Origin: a virus
Lineage: Duplodnaviria; Heunggongvirae; Uroviricota; Caudoviricetes
DNA length: 12,498 nucleotides
Strand: one strand, 5' to 3'
Virus record (IMG/VR): IMGVR_UViG_2896595138_000006
The first letter of the stretch is position 1, and each line of letters opens with the position of its first letter. Positions 1 to 6,681 of this stretch are shown one piece after another. Made by a program: the position numbers and the translations under genes. The notes under the pieces are model-generated. The model saw only the letters and a program-made list of their open reading frames with translations, did no database searches and was not told where the DNA came from.

Positions 1-795
1 GTGCCGGAACTGACCCGCAGGACCACGAGAGGCAAAAAAGAGAGACAGAGGCCCGAAGTCGAAAATGTGGCGGCGGCATGGTACCAGGTGAAAATCAGCC
101 AGAATCTGGCCGCCAACAGTGGGCTGATTGATGCCAATCCGGCTATGAATGTGCGTAAGGCGTTTCCCTCACCTGTAAAAAAACATATGCCAACAATCCG
201 CCCCGAACAGCTGCCGGAGCTTATGCAGGCTTTATCAGTATCGGCAACAGAACGGCAGACCAGATTACTGATTGAATGGCAGTTACTGACCGTAACCCGT
301 CCCGCCGAAGCGTCATCAACGCGGTGGGATGAAATCAACCTGGACGCGAAGCAATGGACGATACCTGCCGGACGCATGAAGATGCGCAGGGATCACGTTA
401 TCCCGCTTTCCGGTCAGGCTATGGCGGTGCTGGAGGCCATGAAACCAATCAGCCACCACCGCAATTACGTTTTCCCAAGTCTGAAAGACCCACAGCAGCC
501 GATGAACAGCCAGACCGCTAACGCAGCATTGCGGCGTATGGGATTCGCTGGCGTGCTGGTGTCTCATGGATTACGCGCCATATTCAGCACAGCAGCGAAC
601 GAGGAAGGATTCGAGCCGGACGTAATAGAGGCGGCACTTGCCCACGTCGACACCAACGAAGTTAGACGGGCATACAACCGGAGCAACTACATAGAAAAAC
701 GCATCGTGCTGATGCGCTGGTGGGGCGAATTTGTCGAGGCTGCGGCGACGGGCGTAACCCTCGCCAGTGGTAAAAGGGGTATCCGAGCCGTGTAG
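1..795 (+). CDS. int: Tyrosine integrase, P4-like family; C-terminal 264 codons only (5' end of the gene lies upstream of the window)
   Basis: Frame is open from base 1 to TAG at 793-795. Translation shows the catalytic-domain pattern of phage tyrosine recombinases (WDEINLD..WTIPAGRMKMRRDHVIPL, HGLRAIFSTAANE, LAHVDTNEVRRAYNRSNY). Recognised as P4/CP4-type integrase from memory; no search run. Confidence 0.9.
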   Translation: MPELTRRTTRGKKERQRPEVENVAAAWYQVKISQNLAANSGLIDANPAMNVRKAFPSPVKKHMPTIRPEQLPELMQALSVSATERQTRLLIEWQLLTVTRPAEASSTRWDEINLDAKQWTIPAGRMKMRRDHVIPLSGQAMAVLEAMKPISHHRNYVFPSLKDPQQPMNSQTANAALRRMGFAGVLVSHGLRAIFSTAANEEGFEPDVIEAALAHVDTNEVRRAYNRSNYIEKRIVLMRWWGEFVEAAATGVTLASGKRGIRAV

Positions 796-802
796 CTGTA
801 CA

Positions 803-837
803 GAAAACCAGTAAAAACTACGAAAACCATGTAAAAC
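803..837 (+). repeat. Two 16-bp direct repeats (GAAAACCAGTAAAAAC at 803-818, GAAAACCATGTAAAAC at 822-837), 19-bp period, immediately downstream of int
   Basis: Read directly; 15/16 identity. Lies just upstream of a TATAAT hexamer at 844-849. Function unknown (candidate protein-binding sites). Confidence 0.6.
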
Positions 838-872
838 CATCGTATAATTGCATCAAATTTAACGACAAGGCC

Positions 873-1124
873 GTGAAACATGAAACCGTTAAGATGCAAA
901 AAAATATCAGATGCAATTGCGACGGGCTGCAACTGGCCCTGATGGTTCAGCATGAATTTTGGTCAACCTACGATCCGGAGGACAGAACGACGGCCCCATC
1001 AAAAAAACAGGTAGTAGATTTTCTGGTATCCCGTGGCGCTTCCAGAAATCTGGCGGTAAGTATTGATAAGGTCGTACGTCCGGCATCTATGAAGATCGGA
1101 GGCAGGCCCCAAAAATGGCGGTAA
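873..1124 (+). CDS. Hypothetical small protein (GTG start at 873, or ATG at 894)
   Basis: ORF ends at TAA 1122-1124, followed 12 bp later by a strong intrinsic terminator. No convincing Shine-Dalgarno sequence for either start and no recognisable motif. Confidence 0.3.
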   Translation: MKHETVKMQKNIRCNCDGLQLALMVQHEFWSTYDPEDRTTAPSKKQVVDFLVSRGASRNLAVSIDKVVRPASMKIGGRPQKWR

Positions 1125-1135
1125 CAATCCTGGAA

Positions 1136-1158
1136 GCGGCAGAAATGCCGCTTTTTTT
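1136..1158 (+). terminator. Rho-independent terminator (GCGGCA-gaaa-TGCCGC followed by T7)
   Basis: 6-bp GC-rich stem 1136-1141/1146-1151, 4-nt loop, T run 1152-1158. Confidence 0.55.
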
Positions 1159-1270
1159 ATAATTCCATTTCAAATCATCAATATAAAAACGGTGGGAACT
1201 GTTTTTACCCATATCCGATGATTTACCGTATTTGTCACCGGAATACACCGGATTCACAAGGTAAATCACG

Positions 1271-1477
1271 ATGGAAGCAATCAGAAAAATTATCTTTCGC
1301 CAGGAAGTAAAAAAAATTATCCACATCAAGGCAGACAGCACGCTGCAAAGCATGATCAACGCCGGAGAATTTCCGCAGGGTTTTCGCGTTGGTTTACGCC
1401 GTCGCGGATGGTATGAGGATGATGTGTTGGCCTGGCAGAAAGAACGCGAACAGGAAGCACGCGGAACGGCTGCTTAA
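1271..1477 (+). CDS. alpA: AlpA-family (Phage_AlpA / excisionase-like) transcriptional regulator
   Basis: 68 aa. The pattern EV..I.....STL...I..GEFP.G...G.R..GW...DV..W matches the AlpA/MerR-like HTH fold as remembered. Position next to the integrase is typical of P4-like and PICI elements. Confidence 0.8.
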   Translation: MEAIRKIIFRQEVKKIIHIKADSTLQSMINAGEFPQGFRVGLRRRGWYEDDVLAWQKEREQEARGTAA

Positions 1478-1513
1478 CGGGTATCACAGATATGACAAAC
1501 ACGAAAAAAGCGG

Positions 1514-1526
1514 CCCCGATATGGAG
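1514..1526. repeat. Left copy of the 13-bp target-site duplication (CCCCGATATGGAG) flanking IS4
   Basis: Identical 13-mer at 1514-1526 and 2953-2965, directly abutting the IS4 ends. Confidence 0.85.
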
Positions 1527-2952
1527 TAATGCCGATCAGTTAAGGATCAGTTGACCGATCCAGTGGCTGTGTAAGAATCCGGAAACGCTCACTTGTTTCC
1601 GGATTTTTTTATGCACATTGGACAGGCTCTTGATCTGGTATCCCGTTACGATTCTCTGCGTAACCCACTGACTTCTCTGGGGGATTACCTCGACCCCGAA
1701 CTCATCTCTCGTTGCCTTGCCGAATCAGGTACTGTAACGCTACGCAAGCGCCGTCTTCCCCTCGAAATGATGGTCTGGTGTATTGTTGGCATGGCGCTTG
1801 AGCGTAAAGAACCTCTTCACCAGATTGTGAATCGCCTGGACATCATGCTGCCGGGCAATCGCCCCTTCGTTGCCCCCAGTGCCGTTATTCAGGCCCGCCA
1901 GCGCCTGGGAAGTGAGGCTGTCCGCCGCGTGTTCACGAAAACAGCTCAGCTCTGGCATAACGCCACGCCGCATCCGCACTGGTGCGGCCTGACCCTGCTG
2001 GCCATCGATGGTGTGTTCTGGCGCACACCGGATACACCAGAGAACGATGCAGCCTTCCCCCGCCAGACACATGCCGGGAACCCGGCGCTCTACCCGCAGG
2101 TCAAAATGGTCTGCCAGATGGAACTGACCAGCCATCTGCTGACGGCTGCAGCCTTCGGCACGATGAAGAACAGCGAAAATGAGCTTGCTGAGCAACTTAT
2201 AGAACAAACCGGCGATAACACTCTGACGTTAATGGATAAAGGTTATTACTCACTGGGACTGTTAAATGCCTGGAGCCTGGCGGGAGAACACCGCCACTGG
2301 ATGATACCTCTCAGAAAGGGAGCGCAATATGAAGAGCTCAGAAAACTGGGTAAAGGCGATCATCTGGTGAAGCTGAAAACCAGCCCGCAGGCACGAAAAA
2401 AGTGGCCGGGACTGGGAAATGAAGTGACAGCCCGCCTGCTGACCGTGACGCGCAAAGGAAAAGTCTGCCATCTGCTGACGTCGATGACGGACGCCATGCG
2501 CTTCCCCGGAGGAGAAATGGCGGATCTGTACAGTCATCGCTGGGAAATCGAACTGGGATACAGGGAGATAAAACAGACGATGCAACTGAGCAGGCTGACG
2601 CTGAGAAGTAAAAAGCCGGAGCTTGTGGAGCAAGAGCTGTGGGGTGTCTTACTGGCTTATAATCTGGTGAGATATCAGATGATTAAAATGGCGGAACATC
2701 TGAAAGGTTACTGGCCGAATCAACTGAGTTTCTCAGAATCATGCGGAATGGTGATGAGAATGCTGATGACATTGCAGGGCGCTTCACCGGGACGTATACC
2801 GGAGCTGATGCGCGATCTTGCAAGTATGGGACAACTTGTGAAATTACCGACGAGAAGGGGAAGGGCCTTCCCGAGAGTGGTAAAGGAGAGGCCCTGGAAA
2901 TACCCCACAGCCCCGAAAAAGAGCCAGTCAGTTGCTTAACTGACTGGCATTA
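1527..2952 (+). mobile_element. Insertion sequence IS4, complete copy (1426 bp)
   Basis: Terminal inverted repeats TAATGCCGATCAGTTAAG (1527-1544) and CTTAACTGACTGGCATTA (2935-2952), 16/18 match. The 1426-bp length and the 442-aa transposase agree with IS4 as remembered. Flanked by a 13-bp direct duplication. Confidence 0.92.
1611..2939 (+). CDS. insG: IS4 transposase (DDE family)
   Basis: 442 aa starting [16 protein letters not shown]. Matches the E. coli IS4 transposase essentially throughout, from memory. A hairpin plus T run (1577-1610) sits immediately before the ATG. Confidence 0.92.
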   Translation: MHIGQALDLVSRYDSLRNPLTSLGDYLDPELISRCLAESGTVTLRKRRLPLEMMVWCIVGMALERKEPLHQIVNRLDIMLPGNRPFVAPSAVIQARQRLGSEAVRRVFTKTAQLWHNATPHPHWCGLTLLAIDGVFWRTPDTPENDAAFPRQTHAGNPALYPQVKMVCQMELTSHLLTAAAFGTMKNSENELAEQLIEQTGDNTLTLMDKGYYSLGLLNAWSLAGEHRHWMIPLRKGAQYEELRKLGKGDHLVKLKTSPQARKKWPGLGNEVTARLLTVTRKGKVCHLLTSMTDAMRFPGGEMADLYSHRWEIELGYREIKQTMQLSRLTLRSKKPELVEQELWGVLLAYNLVRYQMIKMAEHLKGYWPNQLSFSESCGMVMRMLMTLQGASPGRIPELMRDLASMGQLVKLPTRRGRAFPRVVKERPWKYPTAPKKSQSVA

Positions 2953-2965
2953 CCCCGATATGGAG
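2953..2965. repeat. Right copy of the IS4 target-site duplication (CCCCGATATGGAG)
   Basis: See left copy. Confidence 0.85.
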
Positions 2966-3280
2966 CCGCCTTTCTGAACAATTAACCCGCTGCGCCTTAT
3001 GTGTATGTGATCCCAAACATAAGCACGGGGATGATAGACGCTATCAGGCTGGTTCAGTTCGTTGCCATACCTGCAATGAGCGCGTTTCCCTGTACTCTTT
3101 AAGGAATTGCTCAAGGGCAAAAGCACATGGTGCGAATCTTTCTGATTCATGCTCGAGCGCCATATTTTCGTGCTCTCTGTTCGTTTTTTGCGATGGTGTA
3201 TTGGTTGATTCTTTGTTGGTCATTGTGTGTACCTGTAAAGCAATGCGCCGTAGCACCTCACGCCACGGCGCTGATAGTGA

Positions 3281-3478
3281 TTATTCTGATTCTTTGGCCT
3301 TCCTGCGCTGTTCATATTTTAATTTGCGTCCACAGGCATCTAAGACCCATGCGGAAAAATTAGCACTAGGATTAGTTAATTTTTCTTGTTCAACGCTGGC
3401 ATAAACCCCATCTATAAGCTCATGTGGGAATCGAATATTTTTCTTTGCTGATTTGTTGTTTGTGTTACCGCTAGACAT
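3281..3478 (-). CDS. Arc/Mnt-like ribbon-helix-helix DNA-binding protein (putative repressor)
   Basis: 65 aa. The segment NIRFPHELIDGVYASVEQEKLTNPSANFSAWVLDA resembles the beta-strand plus two-helix pattern of P22 Arc (..NLRWPREVLDLVRKVAEENGRSVNSEIYQRV..). Shine-Dalgarno GAGGT lies 6 nt before the ATG on the minus strand. Divergent from an operator-bearing promoter. Confidence 0.6.
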   Translation of the reverse strand: MSSGNTNNKSAKKNIRFPHELIDGVYASVEQEKLTNPSANFSAWVLDACGRKLKYEQRRKAKESE

Positions 3479-3505
3479 TGATGCACCTCACTTAAATGGA
3501 CTTTA

Positions 3506-3586
3506 TGGGCGCACACAATACAGCAAAAAAAATGAGATGTTAAGTATTGACATGTGCGCACACATGATTTTAATCTGTGCGCACAG
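3506..3586 (+). promoter_or_regulatory. Rightward sigma70-like promoter (TTGACA 3547-3552, 16-bp spacer, TTTAAT 3569-3574) with palindromic operators TGTGCGCACA at 3553-3562 and 3576-3585 and a 9/10 copy at 3506-3515
   Basis: Hexamers and perfect 10-bp palindromes read directly. One operator sits in the -35/-10 spacer and one at about +1; the third lies in the leader of the divergent RHH gene. Confidence 0.45.
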
Positions 3587-3846
3587 TTTGAGTTTTGTCA
3601 CTCAAATTAAGCAACGCCCCGCAGTGCTCGCAACACATGCAGGGCGTCTAACCACCAACGATAGCAACAGTATCGAGGTAGCTATGTTAAATCATACCAC
3701 ACACCTGCAAGGGCGGGACTCGCACAACCTGAATAAAGCGGGTATGAAAAACCAGTTGATCGCCACTGCCAGCCAAGGCTATGATTCGCGTGCACCTTAT
3801 AAAACGGGTGCCGGGATTAGGACCCCGCTGACAATCGAGGCGATAC

Positions 3847-3869
3847 AGACGCCGCACGCGTCTTTTTTT
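3847..3869 (+). terminator. Intrinsic terminator inside the rightward leader (AGACGC-cgcac-GCGTCT then T7)
   Basis: 6-bp stem 3847-3852/3858-3863, T run 3863-3869. Lies about 280 nt downstream of the promoter and before the first icd-like unit. Could define a leader RNA or an attenuator. Confidence 0.4.
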
Positions 3870-3931
3870 GTATCGACGCACACGCACACCTATACAATGG
3901 TGGGCTGTATGGGGCTACCTTCGGGTAGGCT

Positions 3932-4028
3932 GGTTCCCTTGATTGCCAGTAGTCCTAACCCTGTACAGTCCACCGCCAGCGAGCTTAGGACCTCCGGCGG
4001 TGGTTACATTCCATCAATCAAGGAGGCT
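3932..4028 (+). promoter_or_regulatory. Unit-1 leader element: anti-Shine-Dalgarno segment (3932-3945) complementary to the Shine-Dalgarno region (4015-4028) of the first icd-like ORF
   Basis: CCTTGATTG (3937-3945) is the exact reverse complement of CAATCAAGG (4015-4023), which overlaps the Shine-Dalgarno sequence AAGGAGG (4020-4026). Confidence 0.35.
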
Positions 4029-4034
4029 GCCGAC

Positions 4035-4223
4035 ATGGCTACTACCCCTACCCTTGTACATTCTCAAACAGCCTTTCTCTGGCGCTTTATCGCCTTTGGT
4101 GCGTCAGAGTCCCAAATCATCCACGTCACCGCCTGGACTGAACGCGAAGCGCGTAACCATTGCCCGTCCGGTTGTGTTGCTGTATTCGCGGCCCGTATTC
4201 GTCAGGGGGTTGGCCATGCGTAA
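4035..4223 (+). CDS. Small Icd-like/Ash-family protein (62 aa); a longer in-frame form could begin at ATG 3897
   Basis: Strong Shine-Dalgarno AAGGAGG 8 nt upstream of the ATG at 4035. Motifs FLWRF, TAWTEREAR and FAARIRQG are shared with the downstream paralogue. The family name is recalled from annotations of P4-like islands, not verified. Confidence 0.55.
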   Translation: MATTPTLVHSQTAFLWRFIAFGASESQIIHVTAWTEREARNHCPSGCVAVFAARIRQGVGHA

Positions 4224-4315
4224 AAACAACTTGCAAAAAATTACCGTGGGGCTGTATTCTTCCCCGTCGCCCACATGGCGACCGGGTTTGACAGCCTGAA
4301 TAGCAAAGCGGACAG

Positions 4316-4344
4316 CCGCTTACATTCCGATATGCGGTTTTTTT
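4316..4344 (+). terminator. Terminator-like hairpin plus T7 run between the two icd-like units
   Basis: CCGC (4316-4319) and GCGG (4334-4337) flank a 14-nt loop, followed by T run 4338-4344. An alternative tight hairpin GCGG-acag-CCGC lies at 4308-4319. Same position relative to unit 2 as the terminator at 3847-3869 has relative to unit 1. Confidence 0.3.
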
Positions 4345-4409
4345 GTGTCCGTAAACCTACCCATACCCGCATTATGGCGGGGCGTAACGGGGGAGCCTTT
4401 GCGCTCGCT

Positions 4410-4502
4410 GGTTTCTTTGCTGCCAGTCTGTCAACCCTGTTACGTCCCGCCACCATGTTTGACAGCGTGCTGGCGAGACTCCTTACATCAAGCAAAGGAG
4501 CC
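4410..4502 (+). promoter_or_regulatory. Unit-2 leader element: anti-Shine-Dalgarno segment (4410-4421) complementary to the Shine-Dalgarno region (4491-4502) of the second icd-like ORF
   Basis: GGTTTCTTTGCT can pair with AGCAAAGGAGCC over 12 positions (10 Watson-Crick plus 2 G-U), covering the Shine-Dalgarno sequence AAAGGAG (4494-4500). Confidence 0.35.
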
Positions 4503-4508
4503 TTTCAC

Positions 4509-4682
4509 ATGGCTGTATCCGCACGCCCTTACTTTGTCTGGCGCTTTATGCAGTGCCTGACAGACAGCATTGCAATATTCACCGTTACCGCAGCCACTGA
4601 ACGCGAAGCCCGCGCGCAGCTGCCGCACGCACATCTGATTTTTGTCGCCCGTATTCGCCAGGGGGAAACCTATGCACAATAA
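4509..4682 (+). CDS. Small Icd-like/Ash-family protein, paralogue of 4035-4223 (57 aa); a longer in-frame form could begin at ATG 4374
   Basis: Shine-Dalgarno AAAGGAG 8 nt upstream. Shares WRF, TEREAR and ARIRQGE motifs with the upstream copy, with DNA-level similarity across the unit. Confidence 0.55.
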   Translation: MAVSARPYFVWRFMQCLTDSIAIFTVTAATEREARAQLPHAHLIFVARIRQGETYAQ

Positions 4683-4893
4683 AACCACACCGGACGCAGC
4701 CGCCGCCGCACTCACTACGCTGATGCACGCGCTTATTGATATTGAATGCACAGCAGAGCTTGCACGAAAGGAAGAACGGGAAGAATACACATTGTTCGCC
4801 CTGGAATGTATCCGATACATCGCAACGCGGTCGCTGAATGACGCTAAAAATATTCTTGTTGCTGATTGTGAAAATGGGGGGTGCCCCTATTAA
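4672..4893 (+). CDS. Hypothetical protein (73 aa)
   Basis: Start overlaps the stop of the preceding ORF (ATGCACAATAA), suggesting translational coupling. GGGGGAA lies upstream. Stop is 13 bp from the end of the IS110-family recombinase gene, so the 3' end may have been altered by the insertion. Confidence 0.45.
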   Translation: MHNKTTPDAAAAALTTLMHALIDIECTAELARKEEREEYTLFALECIRYIATRSLNDAKNILVADCENGGCPY

Positions 4894-4906
4894 GTTGTCA
4901 AGCATG

Positions 4907-6103
4907 TTATGACCCCTGCGGGGTATAAAAAGTCCCGTCGCGCATCATGGCGAACAGAACGTCGCAGCGTCGTCTCGCCAGGGCGATAAGCGCCTGATTG
5001 TGTCGTTTTCCCTGACTCATTTTGCGGGTGTAGTAAGCCCTGGAGAGCGGATCCCTGAGCGCGGCGAAGGCCAACAGGAACAACGCCCGTTTGAGAGCTT
5101 TATTACCCCGTCGCGAGGGATGCTCACCGCGTATTGACGAGCCGGATCGCCGAGTTACCGGCGCAAGGCCAGCATAAGCAGCGAGATGTGCGGCAGAGGC
5201 GAAGGCGCGGCAGGCGACCTCGGTGAGGAGTCTGGCTGCGGTCCTGACACCGACTCCGGGCATACTGGTCAGGACCGGGTAAAGAGGGTGAGCAAGAACT
5301 CGCTGTTCTACCTCAAGCGCCACCTCGTCTCTTTGCTTACGCAGCGTGATGAGCTGGAGTGCCAGACGTGGCAGTACTACGGCAGCGGCATTCGTGCCGG
5401 GAACGACGACGGTTTGTTCGGCCAGTGCCTGAGCTATGTCTGCTGCAAGGCGTTTACCCAGACGAGGCGCAAGTTTGCAGAGCTGGGCTGCCAGCTTCTT
5501 CTCACCCAGCGAAGCGAGTTTTTCTGGTGAGGGATATCGCTGGAGAAGATCGAGTACCGCCGGGTGCTCAAGTCTCGGACCGAGAACGCGCTCCAGTGCC
5601 GGATGTATCTGGGTCAGAAGGCCGCGGAGACGGTTGCTGGCCTGCGTTGTCTGTGCGGCAAGATCATCATCGAAGCCGCAGAGCATGGAGAGTTCGGCGA
5701 TTTGCTCGTCAGCCAGTTTCAGCGTGCGTAGCGCGTGAGGCAGGGTACGGGCAGCTTCGGCAATGATGGCAGCGTCACGAGCATCAGTTTTAGCTTCACC
5801 GGCGTGTAAGTCGGCTATGCGGCGCATGGCCAGTCCAGGGAGGTATCCGACAAGGACTCCTTCTGAGCGGGCAACGGCGACAGGTAACGCACCGATGGTA
5901 GCTGGCTGATCAACAACCAGCAGTATCTGACCATGTTGTTTCAGGTCAGATATTAGCGACCTGAGTTTGTTTTCGTCGTTGGGTAATGCTTTATCGAACA
6001 GGCGTTTACCTGAACGATTAATGGCAACAGCGTGATGCGTATCTTTACCGACATCAACGCCGATAAAGACCTGGACGGATTCGTAATCGCTGGATTCGGT
6101 CAT
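4907..6103 (-). CDS. IS110-family transposase/recombinase (N-terminal DEDD RuvC-like domain plus C-terminal Transposase_20 domain)
   Basis: N-terminus VFIGVDVGKDTHHAVAI and C-terminal LTSMPGVGVRTAARLL...AAYAGLAPVTRRSGSS are the hallmark motifs of IS110-family enzymes. Shine-Dalgarno AGGGAG lies 5 nt before the ATG on the minus strand. Confidence 0.9.
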   Translation of the reverse strand: MTESSDYESVQVFIGVDVGKDTHHAVAINRSGKRLFDKALPNDENKLRSLISDLKQHGQILLVVDQPATIGALPVAVARSEGVLVGYLPGLAMRRIADLHAGEAKTDARDAAIIAEAARTLPHALRTLKLADEQIAELSMLCGFDDDLAAQTTQASNRLRGLLTQIHPALERVLGPRLEHPAVLDLLQRYPSPEKLASLGEKKLAAQLCKLAPRLGKRLAADIAQALAEQTVVVPGTNAAAVVLPRLALQLITLRKQRDEVALEVEQRVLAHPLYPVLTSMPGVGVRTAARLLTEVACRAFASAAHLAAYAGLAPVTRRSGSSIRGEHPSRRGNKALKRALFLLAFAALRDPLSRAYYTRKMSQGKRHNQALIALARRRCDVLFAMMRDGTFYTPQGS

Positions 6104-6330
6104 TCTGTCTCCCTTGTATATGGGTTAACCAGATAACCACGGGGAGCAGGTACCGGCATCCACGTTACAGACGGTCCCGGCAAAAGTGCCTGACCTGACC
6201 CCTATTAGCGATTACCAGCGCCCCACCAGACCCGGTGACATCACCCCCGGATCATGGACGACTGGGGGCAGTAATCATGCCGGGTCTGGCTGGCTAACAC
6301 CCCATTATAAGGGGTACGAATAAAGTAACG
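6104..6330 (-). ncRNA. Candidate bridge (guide) RNA region of the IS110-family element
   Basis: The non-coding 5' flank of the recombinase contains a 10-bp perfect inverted repeat CCAGACCCGG (6226-6235) / CCGGGTCTGG (6280-6289) enclosing a CCCCC/GGGGG inner stem, plus a further hairpin at 6299-6315. IS110-group elements are known to encode a structured RNA here. Not folded or searched. Confidence 0.3.
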
Positions 6331-6335
6331 GGGTT

Positions 6336-6569
6336 ATGCGTGATATTTACATTGAAATAACAGACCGCGCATTTCTTGCACTTTCTCACAGTGAAAATAT
6401 GTTGGAAATATTGCAAATGTGTCTGGAAACATTTGGCGATAATGAGCGTGATAAACAGAAATCAAGGATTGTCACGGCATTAATAACGCTTCTTGAGCCT
6501 GTAATAAATGAGTTGCAGGAAATAGAGACATTACACGACCAGTATAAAGCGCCCCACACCGGAGAATAA
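6336..6569 (+). CDS. Hypothetical protein (77 aa)
   Basis: ATG start with a weak GGGG upstream. Predicted helical, no recognisable motif. Lies immediately beside the probable IS boundary. Confidence 0.4.
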   Translation: MRDIYIEITDRAFLALSHSENMLEILQMCLETFGDNERDKQKSRIVTALITLLEPVINELQEIETLHDQYKAPHTGE

Positions 6570-6574
6570 AAATA

Positions 6575-6670
6575 ATGAAACTTAAATATCCTGGCTTAAC
6601 TGCCAGCGGCAAAACTCGCACTAAATTCATGCGCGGGATATTTACCGCGATAAGTACGGCGGCACGGTAA
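6575..6670 (+). CDS. Hypothetical small ORF (31 aa)
   Basis: Shine-Dalgarno GGAG lies 10 nt upstream of the ATG. Too short to judge. Confidence 0.25.
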   Translation: MKLKYPGLTASGKTRTKFMRGIFTAISTAAR

Positions 6671-6681
6671 TAATTAAGGGC

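Larger units (their letters stand above)
4894..6335 (-). mobile_element. IS110-family insertion sequence (boundaries approximate)
   Basis: 398-aa IS110-type recombinase gene with a very short 3' flank and a ~230-bp structured non-coding 5' flank, the layout expected for the IS110 subgroup. No terminal inverted repeats, as expected for this family. Exact ends cannot be set by eye. Confidence 0.65.

Noticed and set aside
1087-1359. 90-aa minus-strand ORF between the small ORF and alpA
   Set aside because: Hydrophobic, low-complexity translation. It overlaps a plus-strand terminator and the alpA start, with no ribosome-binding site.
1740-2633. Minus-strand ORFs (155 and 123 aa) inside IS4
   Set aside because: Antisense to the well-supported IS4 transposase gene; typical shadow ORFs.
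2950-3404. Small ORFs on both strands between IS4 and the RHH gene (for example 3044-3256 minus, 3127-3363 plus)
   Set aside because: No good ribosome-binding sites. The plus-strand ones are Cys-rich and hydrophobic and antisense to the RHH gene. The minus-strand 3044-3223 ORF could be a real second gene of the RHH operon, but the evidence is too weak to call.
3453-4223. 256-aa open reading frame spanning the promoter, operators, leader terminator and first icd-like ORF
   Set aside because: It overlaps the divergent RHH gene start, runs through a promoter and an intrinsic terminator, and contains low-complexity stretches (STHTHTYT). Only its 3' end (from the ATG at 4035 with a strong ribosome-binding site, or possibly 3897) looks coding.
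4275-4682. 135-aa long form of the second icd-like ORF
   Set aside because: The upstream part is conserved with unit 1 at nucleotide level but in a different frame, and it contains the anti-Shine-Dalgarno element. The short form from 4509 with a strong ribosome-binding site is preferred. A longer Ash-type protein from 4374 cannot be excluded.
5186-5766. Plus-strand ORFs (114, 135 and 100 aa) inside the IS110-family recombinase gene
   Set aside because: Antisense to a clearly recognisable recombinase; Arg/Ser-rich low-complexity translations.
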